Part shown: one piece after another, positions 16,314 to 16,732 of the stretch
Layout: each line of letters opens with the position of its first letter
How positions within the stretch are numbered: position 1 is the first letter of the stretch
Assembly: GCA_042216335.1 (NCBI GenBank)
Contig: JBDGTY010000039.1
Location: 1-16,732, forward strand
Reading direction: 5' to 3'
Source of the DNA: Candidatus Nanohalobium sp.
Lineage (GTDB): Archaea; Nanohalarchaeota; Nanosalinia; Nanosalinales; Nanosalinaceae
Length of the DNA: 16,732 nt
Position numbers and translations under genes: made by a program
The notes under the pieces: model-generated
What the model was told of the DNA's origin: nothing
Seen by the model: the letters and a program-made list of their open reading frames with translations, nothing else
Database searches by the model: none

Positions 16314-16367
16314 AAGACACGGAGTCCTACCAGTAGCTTTATACTGGCATAACACCAAGTAACTACC

Positions 16368-16732
16368 ATGTACGACAGGATTTTACTGCCGACGGATGGA
16401 AGCGAAGGAGCGGAAAAAGCAGTCGAACACGCATTAAGCCTGGCGGAGAAGTACGACGCCGAACTCCATGTGCTGAACGTCGTCGATGTCAGATCACAGA
16501 GCACCACGGAAATGTGGACGAACGTACTCGGCGAACTGGAGGACGCAGGAGAAGAACTAACCGAAGAGATAGTCCGGAAAGCAGAGGAAAAAGGAATAGA
16601 GGCCAAACCGGAAGTCATCAAAGGCATACCATCAAGAGAGATAGTCTCTCACGCCGAGGAAGACGACGTCGACCTCATCGTCATGGGAACACATGGAAGA
16701 ACAGGATTCGACAGAGTACTGGTCGGGAGCGT
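16368..16732 (+). CDS. Universal stress protein (UspA family), 3' end beyond the window
   Basis: MYDRILLPTDGSEGAEKAVEHALSLAEKYDAELHVLNVVD...GIPSREIVSHAEEDDVDLIVMGTHGRTGFDRVLVGS. TTTATA box at 16338-16343. Confidence 0.95.
   Translation, partial: MYDRILLPTDGSEGAEKAVEHALSLAEKYDAELHVLNVVDVRSQSTTEMWTNVLGELEDAGEELTEEIVRKAEEKGIEAKPEVIKGIPSREIVSHAEEDDVDLIVMGTHGRTGFDRVLVGS

Noticed and set aside
16091-16627. 178-aa minus-strand ORF
   Set aside because: Antisense to the CxxC membrane protein and the USP gene.
1-16732. tRNA, rRNA, transposase or integrase genes
   Set aside because: None recognised. Intergenic gaps are short, and I saw no cloverleaf or terminal inverted repeats.

Overview
Gene-dense window from a halophilic archaeon. 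Proteins are strongly acidic, TATA-like boxes lie about 25 nt upstream of several starts, and GAGGT-type RBSs occur. The compact layout suggests a nanohaloarchaeon, which is an inference. Left part: an nrdR-nrdJ (class II ribonucleotide reductase) unit. nrdJ runs off the window edge and carries a 373-aa LAGLIDADG intein directly before the catalytic Cys, and two tandem NrdR-box-like palindromes lie upstream of nrdR. Middle: a tandem winged-helix orphan, a PIN-ATPase-KH protein (PINA-like), a DUF389 membrane protein, a 4xCBS-HPF ribosome hibernation factor coupled to a NYN nuclease, endonuclease IV and a small Zn-binding protein. Right: two half-size RND/MMPL genes, a COG1361 surface protein, two DUF2892 proteins, a decayed amphi-Trp gene, a SAM methyltransferase, an HxlR regulator and a USP. 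The strongest novelty is an apparently naturally circularly permuted, membrane-anchored DsbA followed by a CxxC-bearing membrane protein, divergent from a Cys-containing HxlR regulator. This is a candidate undescribed thiol-disulfide relay. All calls come from motif recognition by eye; no database searches were run.
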